This document shows, in pieces, positions 63,801 to 64,000 of a DNA stretch of 64,000 nucleotides. Below the pieces are notes generated by a model that had not been told where the DNA came from, made no database searches, and saw only the letters and a program-made list of their open reading frames with translations. Position 1 is the first letter of the stretch, and every line of letters begins with the position of its first letter. The stretch is from an uncultured Planctomycetota bacterium (lineage in GTDB: Bacteria > Planctomycetota > Planctomycetia > Isosphaerales > Isosphaeraceae). The stretch lies in assembly GCA_963845755.1 (NCBI GenBank), contig CAWJTV010000029.1, positions 32,001 to 96,000 on the forward strand, given 5' to 3'. Both the position numbers and the translations under genes were made by a program.

Positions 63801-64000
63801 GGCAACCAGCGGAGGCGCAGCCGCGCCGGCCGTGGACCCCGCCGCTTCTTCCGCATCGGCACCGGGCCGCGGTACTCGGATCCGGACGTCCTCCAGCAGC
63901 CCGCCGGCAGCGGATCCTTCCACCGGCACCGAGCCGTCGGCGAAACCCAAGCCTCGCACCCGCGCCGGCCGACCCATTCCCGACAAGGAGCTGCTCACCA
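60852..64000 (+). CDS. Very large membrane-anchored periplasmic protein, candidate LptC/LptA-like; partial and frameshifted
   Basis: N-terminal TM segment. Beta-rich segments (VRFERNVVA, LNCDTLRLTL, AHATGHAV, GPGKL, LRGNV.LHQD, WGDGPG.M) are separated by Pro/Ala-rich linkers. Lies directly after kdsD-kdsC. Confidence 0.6.

Noticed and set aside
1829..64000. Numerous frameshifts as programmed frameshifting or mass pseudogenisation
   Set aside because: They hit many unrelated and normally essential genes, mostly in G/C runs, with no in-frame stops or decay, which is typical of long-read indel error.
1..64000. tRNA or rRNA genes
   Set aside because: No cloverleaf-like or rRNA-like sequence recognised by eye; tRNAscan-SE/Infernal would be needed to exclude them formally.

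Overview
High-GC bacterial DNA with strong Planctomycetota hallmarks, probably Isosphaeraceae-like. These include LExRxLL-motif secreted proteins, a TIGR03067-type protein, a PEP-CTERM protein, an ECF sigma factor with a membrane-spanning C-terminal extension and an ECF/Ser-Thr kinase pair. Many genes, including essential-type ones (nuoBCD, rsmG, apbE, kdsD), are broken by 1-nt frameshifts, most simply explained as long-read indel errors, so they are reported as single genes. Bases 1-37.5 kb are mostly housekeeping: nuoI, fused nuoBCD, an ABC permease, an rsmG-trmH fusion, moaB, UDG, split transketolase, apbE-doxX-Gfo, tetR-csrA, agmatine deiminase, rluB and pyrK. This part also holds a PadR gene followed by three tandem HAAS/permease-prefix membrane paralogs, and a large repeat-rich surface protein. 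Bases ~37.6-59.1 kb are an accessory region full of small mobile repeats, gene debris, secreted proteins and a DUF6788+DDE insertion sequence. The most striking object is a ~765-bp element (49850-50614) with Tn3-type terminal inverted repeats. It carries an attI-like site, one integron-type gene cassette and half an attC site, but no transposase or integrase, and it is inserted into the RBS of an S53 peptidase gene. The window ends with kdsD-kdsC and a very large protein in the lptC/lptA position. All family calls come from motif recognition by eye; no database searches were run.
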